From Nitrospinaceae bacterium (lineage in GTDB: Bacteria > Nitrospinota > Nitrospinia > Nitrospinales > Nitrospinaceae), in assembly GCA_965223245.1 (NCBI GenBank), contig CBDCVY010000013.1, positions 3,646,883 to 3,710,882 on the forward strand: a stretch of DNA of 64,000 nucleotides. The letters are read 5' to 3'. Positions within the stretch are counted from its first letter, which is position 1. Every line of letters begins with the position of its first letter. Below, in pieces: positions 47,778 through 57,104 of this stretch. Under the pieces are notes generated by a model, which saw only the letters and a program-made list of their open reading frames with translations, was not told the origin of the DNA and did not search any database. The position numbers and the translations under genes are program-made.

Positions 47778-50700
47778 TTACTGCGAGTAAGTAATAGTTA
47801 TTTTAGGCCTTTTTGAAGAGGCTTCACTAGAGTTGAAACCAATTCCATTATTGGATCCACTCGTTTTAACAATGAATCCTCGATTAGTAATGCTTCCATT
47901 AATCCATCCCTGAACCAGGTTAACACCGCTTGAATTCAAAGAGATCTCCTGTTCATTAAAAATATTGGACGGAATGGTACCCAAGCGGGTAGACCCAATG
48001 TCACCCGATCCGTCAAAGTCGTTCCAATCGACTGAACTTTCGGACCAGGAAGACTTGGCTTGATACAAATAATGGTCGGCCGAACTCCCATCTGAAATAT
48101 TAAAAGTCAAACTGACAGATTGGACCACGGCGTTACTGGGAATCGAAGATAAATCCCATGAGATGACACTCATTACTTCGCCATAGTTTCCATTGGAAGG
48201 ATCCGGGGCGACTCCATCAACTAGTAAGATGCTCGAACTTCCATAATTAGAATTAGGAGAAGTTTCTCTTAAGGTAGCATCTCTTGTACCGGAATAGCCA
48301 TTCACACCATTTTGAAGGCTGACTGAATTTCCCCCGCCCACTGAATAGGTAATAGTTATTTTAGGCCTTTTTGAAGAGGCTTCACTAGAGTTGAAACCAA
48401 TTCCATTATTGGATCCACTCGTTTTAACAATGAATCCTCGATTAGTAATGCTTCCATTAATCCATCCCTGAACCAGGTTAACACCGCTTGAATTCAAAGA
48501 GATCTCCTGTTCATTAAAAATATTGGACGGAATGGTACCCAAGCGGGTAGACCCAATGTCACCCGATCCGTCAAAGTCGTTCCAATCGACTGAACTTTCG
48601 GACCAGGAAGACTTGGCTTGATACAAATAATGGTCGGCCGAACTCCCATCTGAAATATTAAAAGTCAAACTGACAGATTGGACCACGGCGTTACTGGGAA
48701 TCGAAGATAAATCCCATGAGATGACACTCATTATTTCGCCATAGTTTCCATTGGAAGGATCCGGGGCGACTCCATCAACTAGTAAGATGCTCGAACTTCC
48801 ATAATTAGAATTAGGAGAAGTTTCTCTTAAGGTAGCATCTCTTGTACCGGAATAGCCATTCACACCATTTTGAAGGCTGACCGAATTTCCCCCGCCCACT
48901 GAATAGGTAATAGTGATTTTAGGTCTTTTAGAAGTAGAGGATTCACTAGAGTCAATTCCAATACCATTATTATTTCCATCGGTTTGCAAGACAAAGCCTC
49001 GATTGGAAACGGTCCCATTAATCCATCCTTGAACCAGGTTAATGCCATTTTGATTCAAAAAGATTTCTTGTTCATTAAATAGATTAGGGCCAATGACCCC
49101 TAAAACTGTAGACCCAATGTCACCCGATCCGTCAAAGTCGTTCCAGTCGACTGAACTTTCGGACCAGGAAGACTTGGCTTCGTGGAAGTAATGGTTACCG
49201 GAGCTTGCATCCCAAAAGTTTAGAGTCACACTTACGGATTGGACAACCGCATTGCTGGGAATCGAAGATAAGTCCCAAGAGAGTACGGAAACTACTTCAC
49301 CGTAGCTACCATCTGCAGGATCGGGGGCTGTCCCATCAACCCATAAATGGTTCTCATTCCCATAATTAGTGTTGGGAGAAGATTCTCTCAAGGTAGCATC
49401 TCTAGTTCCAGAATATCCATCCACACCATTTTGAAAACTGACAGTACTTCCCCCTCCTGGCGGTGGAGGCGGTGGAGGTGGGGGAGGTGGGGGACTTCCA
49501 CCACTGTAAGTAGAGTTTTCATTAATGTTAAATTGAATTCCAGGACTTGGTATTGGCAAATTGGCTGCATAGTCTTTGACATTTACCACAGTTAATACTT
49601 CAGATCCCGTTACTGATGAAGATGTAGTTAATCGAACCACTCTTGGATCGCTTTGTCGAACAGCACTGCTTATTGATACGCCATTATTTAGTGAATAATT
49701 GCTTTTAGTTTCTGCACTAGATTCATGGACGGGTTCTGAAAATTGCACATCCAGTTTGGTGCTGCTAATACGATGAACTGCAAAAATTGCAGGTGGCGCA
49801 ACGTCGCCAGAATTGGCGATGGTGAATTTATCTCGTATTAAACCATCGTCGTCTAAGAAACCGGCTTCCATCCGGTTCGCATAGATATCTAGTACCATAG
49901 AACCAAATACACCATCACCCGAATCCAATTCAGTGTACATGATGGGATGTTTGGGGTATCCATTTGTGGAAGTATGTCGACTTGAATTGCCTACGATGGC
50001 ATAAACAGCGCCCGATTTTCCTGATTTTGTATATGCTCCATCAGCACCAGACTCCGGAAAGGATTTTCCATTGCTTGATGTAATTTTACTCCCGTTGTTG
50101 GTAAAGTAAGATCGTTCATACCAATGATTATTCCCACTCAAAACTAAATCGACTCCATTAGATTCAAGTATTGGAATGACATTCTCTCTAAGTTCTGTAG
50201 GGATAGTGCTATTATTATTCACCGCATTTGAATAGGCAGGGTTATGAAAAATACAGATGATCCAATCTTGATTGGTTGAACTTAAATCATCCTCTAACCA
50301 GGTTAACATTGAGGATCCAGAGGATCTTGAGCGCTTTAAGGAATTCAAAACCACTATGTGAATATTGTTGTAATCAAAAGAATAGTAATCCTCCACACCC
50401 GAAGCAACTCCGCCTAATTCTCCATTTGCAGGAAATTCAAAATTTTTAAAGAAGGGGCCAGCTTGATCGTTTACATCAGAATAAGGTTCGCCATCAGAAA
50501 ATGTTGTGAAGATAGGAGTATTACGTAGAACTTCTGGGAGGGTATCAAATAATCCACCTTCGTAAGCACCGTCGGAACCTTCCCAAAAGCCATTGTTGGT
50601 ATATGCATTATCACCTAAAGCTAAAAGGAGATCGGCTCTACGAAGTTTGCTGTAATTTTTAAAGGAATCGCGAACTCTATCTGCAATGGAACTACCTGTC

Positions 50701-51179
50701 CCCATATCTCCAACCACCCAAATTCTAGTAGGTTGAGGATTTCCACCGCCCACTGGTGTCATAAAACTACCCCGAGCAGAGGATTCATTTAAAGGAGAAC
50801 TTGAAGTTCCAATTTCATAATAGTAACGAGTCCCAGGACTTAAGTTTGTCAAGGTAACCCTATGCTCAAGTAAGTTTCCACAGCTACTGCAAAGAGAAAC
50901 ATTGACAGGGTTGGAATCAGTTTTTACAGAGCTGTAATCTTGGGGAAATTCTCCATAATGTACACTCCTATAGGAGGACTCTGAAGTGCTTACTCTCCAT
51001 TTAACTACCACACTTGTGGGACTTATCTTTTGTAAGTAGGGGCCCCGGTCAACAGTACCAGCAGTAACATTTATAACATTAAGAAGAAGGAAGCTAAGGA
51101 TAAGAAAAGTGTGAAATAAATAAGGAAAAAAATGTTTTTGAGTTTTTTCTTTAAAGCAAAATCTCACGATATACCTCAT
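47778..51179 (-). CDS. Large secreted protein: purple-acid-phosphatase-like metallophosphoesterase (N-terminal FnIII-like + calcineurin-like domain), poly-Pro linker, three tandem ~187-aa C-terminal domains (DNRLRE-like?)
   Basis: Signal peptide. PAP N-domain (HRVTLTNLSPGTRYYYEIG). Metallophosphoesterase motifs (VVGDMGTG, LGDNAY, GNNHWYERS). P13 run. Three repeats containing GYSGTRDATLRE...WDLSSIP...DWNDFDGSGDIG. Confidence 0.7.
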   Translation of the reverse strand: MRYIVRFCFKEKTQKHFFPYLFHTFLILSFLLLNVINVTAGTVDRGPYLQKISPTSVVVKWRVSTSESSYRSVHYGEFPQDYSSVKTDSNPVNVSLCSSCGNLLEHRVTLTNLSPGTRYYYEIGTSSSPLNESSARGSFMTPVGGGNPQPTRIWVVGDMGTGSSIADRVRDSFKNYSKLRRADLLLALGDNAYTNNGFWEGSDGAYEGGLFDTLPEVLRNTPIFTTFSDGEPYSDVNDQAGPFFKNFEFPANGELGGVASGVEDYYSFDYNNIHIVVLNSLKRSRSSGSSMLTWLEDDLSSTNQDWIICIFHNPAYSNAVNNNSTIPTELRENVIPILESNGVDLVLSGNNHWYERSYFTNNGSKITSSNGKSFPESGADGAYTKSGKSGAVYAIVGNSSRHTSTNGYPKHPIMYTELDSGDGVFGSMVLDIYANRMEAGFLDDDGLIRDKFTIANSGDVAPPAIFAVHRISSTKLDVQFSEPVHESSAETKSNYSLNNGVSISSAVRQSDPRVVRLTTSSSVTGSEVLTVVNVKDYAANLPIPSPGIQFNINENSTYSGGSPPPPPPPPPPPPGGGSTVSFQNGVDGYSGTRDATLRESSPNTNYGNENHLWVDGTAPDPADGSYGEVVSVLSWDLSSIPSNAVVQSVSVTLNFWDASSGNHYFHEAKSSWSESSVDWNDFDGSGDIGSTVLGVIGPNLFNEQEIFLNQNGINLVQGWINGTVSNRGFVLQTDGNNNGIGIDSSESSTSKRPKITITYSVGGGNSVSLQNGVNGYSGTRDATLRETSPNSNYGSSSILLVDGVAPDPSNGNYGEIMSVISWDLSSIPSNAVVQSVSLTFNISDGSSADHYLYQAKSSWSESSVDWNDFDGSGDIGSTRLGTIPSNIFNEQEISLNSSGVNLVQGWINGSITNRGFIVKTSGSNNGIGFNSSEASSKRPKITITYSVGGGNSVSLQNGVNGYSGTRDATLRETSPNSNYGSSSILLVDGVAPDPSNGNYGEVMSVISWDLSSIPSNAVVQSVSLTFNISDGSSADHYLYQAKSSWSESSVDWNDFDGSGDIGSTRLGTIPSNIFNEQEISLNSSGVNLVQGWINGSITNRGFIVKTSGSNNGIGFNSSEASSKRPKITITYSQ
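47781..49463 (-). repeat. Three tandem 561-bp coding repeats; the two 3'-proximal copies are near-identical at nucleotide level
   Basis: The sequence starting tattttaggcctttttgaagaggcttcactagag at 47793 recurs at 48354 (period 561). I see only about 2 mismatches over the unit. The third copy (about 48903-49463) is diverged. Confidence 0.85.
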
Positions 51180-51772
51180 TATTGCAAAAATAAAATTGAA
51201 GGGACTTAAACCTTTTGAGTAGAAAGCATCGAGTTTCCGAAAAAAACTCGATTTTTTAAAAAAACTTTATAAAAATTTTGTCACGGTTAAAAAAAAGTGC
51301 ACACCTTAAAAATGAGAATCATTTTAAATATGTAGCACTTTTCTATGTATTAGGGTTAAAACACCGTTTTCCCTATACAAACAAAGTAAAACTGTTCAAT
51401 TTGAAATTTAGGAAGCTGAGCAAGAATAAACAGTATTCTACGATGCAATTTTTATGCGGAACGGGCTCTTTTTATCAAATTTTTGGAAATAAATAAATAA
51501 AAACCTTTTTTACAAAAGATTCAAATTGTTCGGAAGGACTACCGTTTAAATTTTTTAAAATTTTTCTACTACCTTAAAAATGCTGTTCATAACTAATAAG
51601 TGACTTTTATTACAACCCCTTAATACTTCTTTGATAATTTAAGAATCGAAAAACAAGTTGCATTGATTTTTCCTTAGTTTTAAAAAAATAGGTTTTTCGT
51701 GTAAACAAATTTCAAGGTGAAGCGTTTTATATTTTGAGCAACAGATTGAATTAAACAACAAGGAGGAATGAA

Positions 51773-52297
51773 ATGACAAAATCTAAATTTTTAAACGCTT
51801 TTACTCTTGCAGCCTTATTATCTTCTTCCCCTGTTTTTGCTGATAATGGTGGAATAGGTCAAAAAGTAGAAAACCATTGGGATAGAAAAGGAAACCGTAT
51901 TGAAAATAGATTAGATGCTAAAGGAAATCGTATAAATAATCATTTAGATAATAAAGGACAGCGAATCGATAACCGATTAGATGCCAAAGGACAAAGAATA
52001 AATGATCGTCTTGATAACCTGTCTAGTCGGGCTCAACAAGAGGGAAAAAATAACTTAGCACGAAAACTAGACCGGCGAGGTAATCGAATTGAACGAAAAC
52101 TGGACAGAAAAGGAAATCGAATAGAGCGTAAATTAGATCGAAGGGGAAATCGAATTGATAGAAAACTAGATCGCAAAGGAAAAAAAATTAATCGACGTAT
52201 GGATCGTAAAGGCAAACGATTACATCGAGGAATTGATCGTCGTAGCTTTTTAATTCCTGTAAATATCAACCAAAAACCAACTAATTATTTTGCATAA
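51773..52297 (+). CDS. Secreted highly basic protein composed of tandem 11-residue repeats (LDxKGxRIxxR)
   Basis: Signal peptide MTKSKFLNAFTLAALLSSSPVFA. At least 11 repeats such as LDAKGNRINNH/LDNKGQRIDNR/LDRRGNRIERK. AAGGAGG SD 8 nt upstream. Confidence 0.5.
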   Translation: MTKSKFLNAFTLAALLSSSPVFADNGGIGQKVENHWDRKGNRIENRLDAKGNRINNHLDNKGQRIDNRLDAKGQRINDRLDNLSSRAQQEGKNNLARKLDRRGNRIERKLDRKGNRIERKLDRRGNRIDRKLDRKGKKINRRMDRKGKRLHRGIDRRSFLIPVNINQKPTNYFA

Positions 52298-52453
52298 AGT
52301 TGGGTAATGGAAAATTTTTTTTTGTAATATTTGAATGTTTGCACCCGGTTTATAAAGTTCTTCGAACCGTTATACTGTGAAAGGAGCATAGAGATCATTA
52401 ATTCATTTAAAAAGGTCTCTTTCTCTTTTCATGCTCAAGAAATTTCTTAAACT

Positions 52454-52981
52454 ATGGAAGAATTTTTAGCATCGGTTGAAAAAAGGGCGTTTCAAATGGC
52501 CCGAATGGCGACTGATAATATTGATGAGGCAATGGATATTGTTCAGGATAGTATGTTGCAATTAGTCCGTACCTACTCGAACAAACCAAAAGAAGAATGG
52601 CGTCCATTATTTTTTCGAATATTGCAAAATCGGATTCGTGATTGGTACAGAAAACAAAGCCTGCGAAACCAATTATATGCATTATGGAATAACTTTAAAA
52701 ATCAAAATGAATACTTGGAGAACCCTATTGATTTACTCCCTGATCCAAAGGAATCAAAATCTGAGGAGAGTGTTGCCCTAAAGTTTTCCAGGGTTAAGCT
52801 TGAAAATGTGCTTAAAGAATTACCCTTGCGTCAACAACAAGCTTTCCTTTTAAGGGCATGGGAGGAATTAAGTATTTCGGAAACTGCATTGGCAATGAAT
52901 TGTTCAGAAGGTTCGGTGAAATCTCATTATTTTCGGGCTTTACAAACTTTACGTGAAAAGTTGGAAGGTTTGGATTTATGA
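52454..52981 (+). CDS. ECF-family RNA polymerase sigma factor (sigma-24/RpoE-like)
   Basis: Sigma-70 region 2 (FFRILQNRIRDWYRK) and region 4 HTH (LSISETALAMNCSEGSVKSHYFRALQTLR). Confidence 0.8.
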   Translation: MEEFLASVEKRAFQMARMATDNIDEAMDIVQDSMLQLVRTYSNKPKEEWRPLFFRILQNRIRDWYRKQSLRNQLYALWNNFKNQNEYLENPIDLLPDPKESKSEESVALKFSRVKLENVLKELPLRQQQAFLLRAWEELSISETALAMNCSEGSVKSHYFRALQTLREKLEGLDL

Positions 52982-53331
52982 AAATTAAGGGTTCAAATGA
53001 TGACTTCATTAAACGAGTCAAAGAAGAATTAGATGCAACCGAAGAAAATCTAGATAGTGGCATTAAATCTAGATTGAGCCGAATCCGCTATCAGGTTTTA
53101 GAATCTCAAAAAGAAAGTCACTGGTTTCAAAAATGGTTTCTAAAACCAAAGATGGTATTTGCATCTATCGTTATCTTGATCTTGGCGGGTGTTTTGTTAA
53201 TTAAATCACCAACCTCAGTTAACGTAGATTTTGAGGATGTAGATCTTTTAACCTCAACGGACCAGCTCGAACTATATGAAGATATGGACTTCTATGTTTG
53301 GCTAGAACTGGAAGGGGTCGATGCAGGTTAA
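52978..53331 (+). CDS. Putative anti-sigma factor (single-TM, DUF3379-like)
   Basis: Translationally coupled (ATGA overlap) to the ECF sigma gene. One TM helix (MVFASIVILILAGVLLI). Size and position are typical of anti-sigma partners. Confidence 0.45.
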   Translation: MKIKGSNDDFIKRVKEELDATEENLDSGIKSRLSRIRYQVLESQKESHWFQKWFLKPKMVFASIVILILAGVLLIKSPTSVNVDFEDVDLLTSTDQLELYEDMDFYVWLELEGVDAG

Positions 53332-53581
53332 AAATATTTTGTGGATTTTGTCCATTATCCTTTGGAACTTATTTCCTTTAGGAGTTTTTGCGGAGGATTC
53401 TCCACAGGACAAAGGAAAGCCATCAGACCAAGAAATTGAAGATGAGGCTCTGTCCGCAGATTTTTTAGAATTTTTAGCAGACTTCGAAACTGATGAAGGG
53501 CAGTGGTTAAATCCGGAAGAATTGGATCAAATTGATTTACCAGAGCCCAAGCAAGGTAAAAATGAAAAATCAAATAAATAA
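53321..53581 (+). CDS. Small secreted acidic protein (hypothetical)
   Basis: Signal peptide ILWILSIILWNLFPLGVFA followed by a D/E-rich sequence. Overlaps both neighbours. Confidence 0.3.
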   Translation: MQVKNILWILSIILWNLFPLGVFAEDSPQDKGKPSDQEIEDEALSADFLEFLADFETDEGQWLNPEELDQIDLPEPKQGKNEKSNK

Positions 53582-54107
53582 AATTTTAGGAATAAGTTTA
53601 ATTTATTGTTTGATAAGTCCTCTTAATCTTTCTTATGTATTTGCTGAGGAAGGTCCTGTTTCTTGGAAATCCTTGTCTCTAAAGGAACAAAAAATATTAA
53701 AACGATTTTCAGAGAAATGGGATCAATTACCGGTTAAACGCCAACGTAATTTGCAAAAGGGTGCTGCACGATGGTCTAAACTAAATTCAGATGAACGTGT
53801 TACTTTTAAACAGCGTTTTAGAAAGTGGAAACAATTCTCTCCGGAAAAACGGGCTCGAATCCGAAAAAAATTTAGACAATTTCAAAACCTGTCGCCAAAA
53901 CAACGGAAGAATATTCGACAAACACGAAAATGGTTTCGTAATTTGCCTCCCAAGCAACAGCAAAAATTTAAACAACGCTGGCGCAATCTTCCCTCGGAAA
54001 AAAAGAAGGCGTTAAAAAAACGAATGCGAAATATGAGTCCGAAACAACGAAAGCGATTCCTAAATCAAAAGAAGAGAAGATTTCAGAAACAACGACATGG
54101 TGAATAG
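53562..54107 (+). CDS. Secreted basic repeat protein, DUF3106-like
   Basis: Signal peptide. Repeats of about 22 aa containing W-K/R...LSPEKR / LPPKQQ / MSPKQRKRF. DUF3106 is typically encoded after ECF sigma/anti-sigma pairs. Confidence 0.45.
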   Translation: MKNQINKILGISLIYCLISPLNLSYVFAEEGPVSWKSLSLKEQKILKRFSEKWDQLPVKRQRNLQKGAARWSKLNSDERVTFKQRFRKWKQFSPEKRARIRKKFRQFQNLSPKQRKNIRQTRKWFRNLPPKQQQKFKQRWRNLPSEKKKALKKRMRNMSPKQRKRFLNQKKRRFQKQRHGE

Positions 54108-54159
54108 TTGATAATTTCCCATATGGTTTACGTACTAATAGGGTAATTAAGAACTTTAA

Positions 54160-54654
54160 CTATGGCTTTATGTATATGTATCCTTCTCGTTGCAAGTCGG
54201 CAATGCGTTTCACTGCCACTGGATGACCCGTAGGTTGAAACCCGGGGGCCAGTTTATCCAAAGGAGTATTAAATAATTTCATCGATACCTGACACATTTC
54301 TGCACCGATTCCCTGATCTAACACTTTCTTTAGTTTTGCCTTAAGTTCTGGGTCAATGGTTTCTGCCTTGAATAAGTGAAGTGCCGGACCGTGCACAACA
54401 AGCTTCACATCTATTTTATCCGGACCACCTTCAGCCTCAATGTGCTTATTGATCAAAGCCATTGCATATTTTACCGTTCCTAAATCATTGCTATCCACAT
54501 GGTATAAAACTTTTACTTTCTCACCCGCCGAAGCAGAATTAAGCACTGAATCGTGGAATCCAATGAAGGTAAATACTGAGAAAAAGATAAAAGAAAAAAC
54601 GGCTGTTGATAACTTGGACGCGCATTTATATTTTAATGACATGATTTCCTCCAT
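54160..54654 (-). CDS. DsrE/DsrF/YchN-like family protein with an N-terminal signal/TM segment
   Basis: Core KVKVLYHVDSNDLGTVKYAMALINKH...VKLVVHGPALHLF resembles DsrE/YchN-fold sulfur-relay-like proteins. Confidence 0.4.
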   Translation of the reverse strand: MEEIMSLKYKCASKLSTAVFSFIFFSVFTFIGFHDSVLNSASAGEKVKVLYHVDSNDLGTVKYAMALINKHIEAEGGPDKIDVKLVVHGPALHLFKAETIDPELKAKLKKVLDQGIGAEMCQVSMKLFNTPLDKLAPGFQPTGHPVAVKRIADLQREGYIYIKP

Positions 54655-54869
54655 CGATTAGATAGGTTTCATCTGAAATATGTGATTAATTGTACCACGA
54701 ATTTCTAGGCCCGGTATTTTAAAGGATAGAAATAAAATTCATTCCTGAATGAGAATCCTGTCACTTCTGCTGCCTCAATAAAACTAGTTTTATGTGCTAA
54801 CATATAAAATTTGTAAGAGGCCGAGAAATTCAAGATTATTTTGTGAATAGGGAATAAAATCAAGAGAAA

Positions 54870-55241
54870 TTACTTGGGTATGGAGGGAAGATCATTGTAG
54901 GAGATTTTGTGACCGGGGTGACCATATTCCAAGAGTAGTTTTATCACTTGTTTTATCGCAGCCACATGATATTTTCTGCTTGCCATTCCATCAAAGTGAG
55001 GATCGTTTTCTTCAATAGATATTGAGCCAGGTTTTAGGTAGTTTAAATAAAAAGCGCCCAAAGGTCTAAACTTATCTAAAGGCTCATCCTCCGGGCAGGA
55101 ATTTACTATTATCATATGAATATCTTCTCCGGGAGTGGAATACACCTCAAACAAGCCCCCTTTTTGAATGCTGTTTGTTTGGCAATAGTTCAAAATGCGT
55201 TGAGCGTCTTGAATATTGATTTCTTTAAATAGAGTATGCAT
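54870..55241 (-). CDS. Hypothetical protein
   Basis: 123-aa ORF. No motif recognised. Confidence 0.3.
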   Translation of the reverse strand: MHTLFKEINIQDAQRILNYCQTNSIQKGGLFEVYSTPGEDIHMIIVNSCPEDEPLDKFRPLGAFYLNYLKPGSISIEENDPHFDGMASRKYHVAAIKQVIKLLLEYGHPGHKISYNDLPSIPK

Positions 55242-55343
55242 AGGTAAACGCCTCCTTCCCTTAATATATTAATATCAGGAAATTTCCCGTTTTCAATTAA
55301 ATAATGGTAATCTGAGTTCGGAATTTATTTACGTGAGGTTTTC

Positions 55344-55928
55344 ATGCCAAACTCAATGGACAAATGGTTAGAAAAATTTAAAAACCTTGAAAAAGAACTT
55401 TTACAAGAAATTCAGCAAAAAGAAAAAGAATTTTTTTATAAAATAAAAAAGAAACGCGTTCGATTTGAGAAAGAGGTTCGACAACAACATAAGCTCCTTG
55501 TAAAAAAAACTTTTCGTTATATCAAAGACGCACGAATTCTCGTAATCTTAACTGCTCCTATCATTTGGTTCTGCCTGGTGCCGGCATTATTGATGGATTT
55601 AGTGATTTCATTCTACCAATGCATATGTTTTCCAATTTACGGAATTCCCAAAGTGGAAAGAGGAGACTTTATCGTGATTGACCGCCACTATTTGGCTTAT
55701 TTGAATCCAATTGAAAAAATGAATTGTGCCTATTGCGGTTATTTTAACGGGGTTATTGCGTATAGTCGAGAAATCGCAGCTAGAACCGAACAGTATTGGT
55801 GCCCTATTAAACATGCTCGTAAAACTCGTGCGTTGCATAATCGATTTGCTTATTTTTTCGATTATGGAGATGGTAAGCGATATCGTCAAGAAATAGAGAC
55901 GGTACGGCGAAACTTTAAAGACCTTTAA
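55344..55928 (+). CDS. Hypothetical membrane protein (coiled-coil N-terminus, 1-2 TM, Cys-containing C-terminal domain)
   Basis: K/E-rich N-terminus, hydrophobic segment ILVILTAPIIWFCLVPALLMDLVISF, then CAYCGYF...YWCPIKH. Confidence 0.4.
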   Translation: MPNSMDKWLEKFKNLEKELLQEIQQKEKEFFYKIKKKRVRFEKEVRQQHKLLVKKTFRYIKDARILVILTAPIIWFCLVPALLMDLVISFYQCICFPIYGIPKVERGDFIVIDRHYLAYLNPIEKMNCAYCGYFNGVIAYSREIAARTEQYWCPIKHARKTRALHNRFAYFFDYGDGKRYRQEIETVRRNFKDL

Positions 55929-55963
55929 TATTTTCTATTTATGAATATGGAGAGGAAAAGAAT

Positions 55964-56548
55964 ATGAAAATGTGCAGTTTGAAAAAATTATTTATTGTTG
56001 CAGGGGCTCTGTTCTTTCTTTGTATCGGGTTGACTGTTCAAGCAGGAGCCGAATCCTCTGCTGAAAAAAAAGCGAATATTCGCAAGCTCCTTCAAGTTAC
56101 CGGAATTAAAGATCAGTTGGCCTATATGAAGACTAGTTTATTGAAATCATATTCTGTTGTTGTAACTTCAACTTATCCAAAAATACCAAAAGAGTTTTGG
56201 AATGATTACAATGAATTAATCGGGAAAAAGGATTTGGATAACCTGGTTGATGAAGTAGTGCCAATCTATGAAAAACATATGAGCCATGATGCGATTAAAA
56301 AATTAGTAGAAATGTTTGATACTCCCTTTTGGAATGAGTGGAAAAATAAAATGCCCATTATTAGTAAAGAGGCTGGAGTCACTGGCAGCCAGTGGGGACA
56401 AAAAAAAGTTCAATCCAAAGAGTTTACTAGTAAACTGGATGCGCTTATAGAAAAACATAAGTTAAAAGACTTAAATAAGAAAAAAGAGGAACCCAAAAAG
56501 ACCCATAAAGAAAACCCTCAACCTAAAAGCGAATCCCCAAAACCATGA
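55964..56548 (+). CDS. Secreted protein, possibly DUF2059-like, with a lysine/proline-rich C-terminal tail
   Basis: Signal peptide LFFLCIGLTVQAGA. The tail KKKEEPKKTHKENPQPKSESPKP. Confidence 0.4.
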   Translation: MKMCSLKKLFIVAGALFFLCIGLTVQAGAESSAEKKANIRKLLQVTGIKDQLAYMKTSLLKSYSVVVTSTYPKIPKEFWNDYNELIGKKDLDNLVDEVVPIYEKHMSHDAIKKLVEMFDTPFWNEWKNKMPIISKEAGVTGSQWGQKKVQSKEFTSKLDALIEKHKLKDLNKKKEEPKKTHKENPQPKSESPKP

Positions 56549-57021
56549 GCATTTTTGACTTAAAAAACCTTTTGGAAATTCCTATTAAAGGACCTGATCA
56601 AAAACGAGCTATAAAAGTAATCCAAATTATGCAGCAAATATCTGCCAGAGGTGGTGGCAATATTCCCTTGCAGGCTATTGTTCCTATACTAGGATTTGAT
56701 AAACCTATAGCTGAAAAAATAATCAAGAAGCGAGGTGATATCAAAGTGCATTGCCCTAAAGGGAAGGAAGGAAAATTAGAAGGACTCATTTTAAATATTG
56801 GGCAACCTATGCAAGAGATTATTCCTAAATTAAAAACTTTAAAACCCGAAATTGTAGGAGAGAAGCGTATTTTTGGTCGTTATAAGGCAAAACCAAAATT
56901 GCTGGAAATTTATCAAATTACTGGATTAAAATTAGTAAAACGCATGTCTAAAAGAGAATGGGATCTCTCCCTGCCGATTCGGAACGTCCACCTGAAACCT
57001 AATTCGATTGCAGTATTCTAA
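56545..57021 (+). CDS. Hypothetical protein
   Basis: 158-aa ORF translationally coupled (ATGA) to the upstream gene. Confidence 0.35.
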   Translation: MSIFDLKNLLEIPIKGPDQKRAIKVIQIMQQISARGGGNIPLQAIVPILGFDKPIAEKIIKKRGDIKVHCPKGKEGKLEGLILNIGQPMQEIIPKLKTLKPEIVGEKRIFGRYKAKPKLLEIYQITGLKLVKRMSKREWDLSLPIRNVHLKPNSIAVF

Positions 57022-57104
57022 AAACTTTTATTCTTAAGACCGTAGCTTTGCTTCGTTATTTCATAAGTTGACAGCAAATGCCCTCTCTGTTAAAAACGTA
57101 GGAT

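Noticed and set aside
48860-49595. Small ORFs inside the 1133-aa repeat protein gene, including one on the + strand encoding WRWRRWRWGRWG
   Set aside because: It is the antisense reading of the poly-proline (CCN) tract, an artefact of the G/C-skewed simple repeat.
52298-52453. Possible ECF (sigma-E-type) autoregulatory promoter upstream of the ECF sigma gene (aagttcttcgaacc...)
   Set aside because: I could not align a convincing GGAAC-N16-TCnAA / GAACTT-N16-TCTGA pair with the correct spacing, so I left it unannotated.
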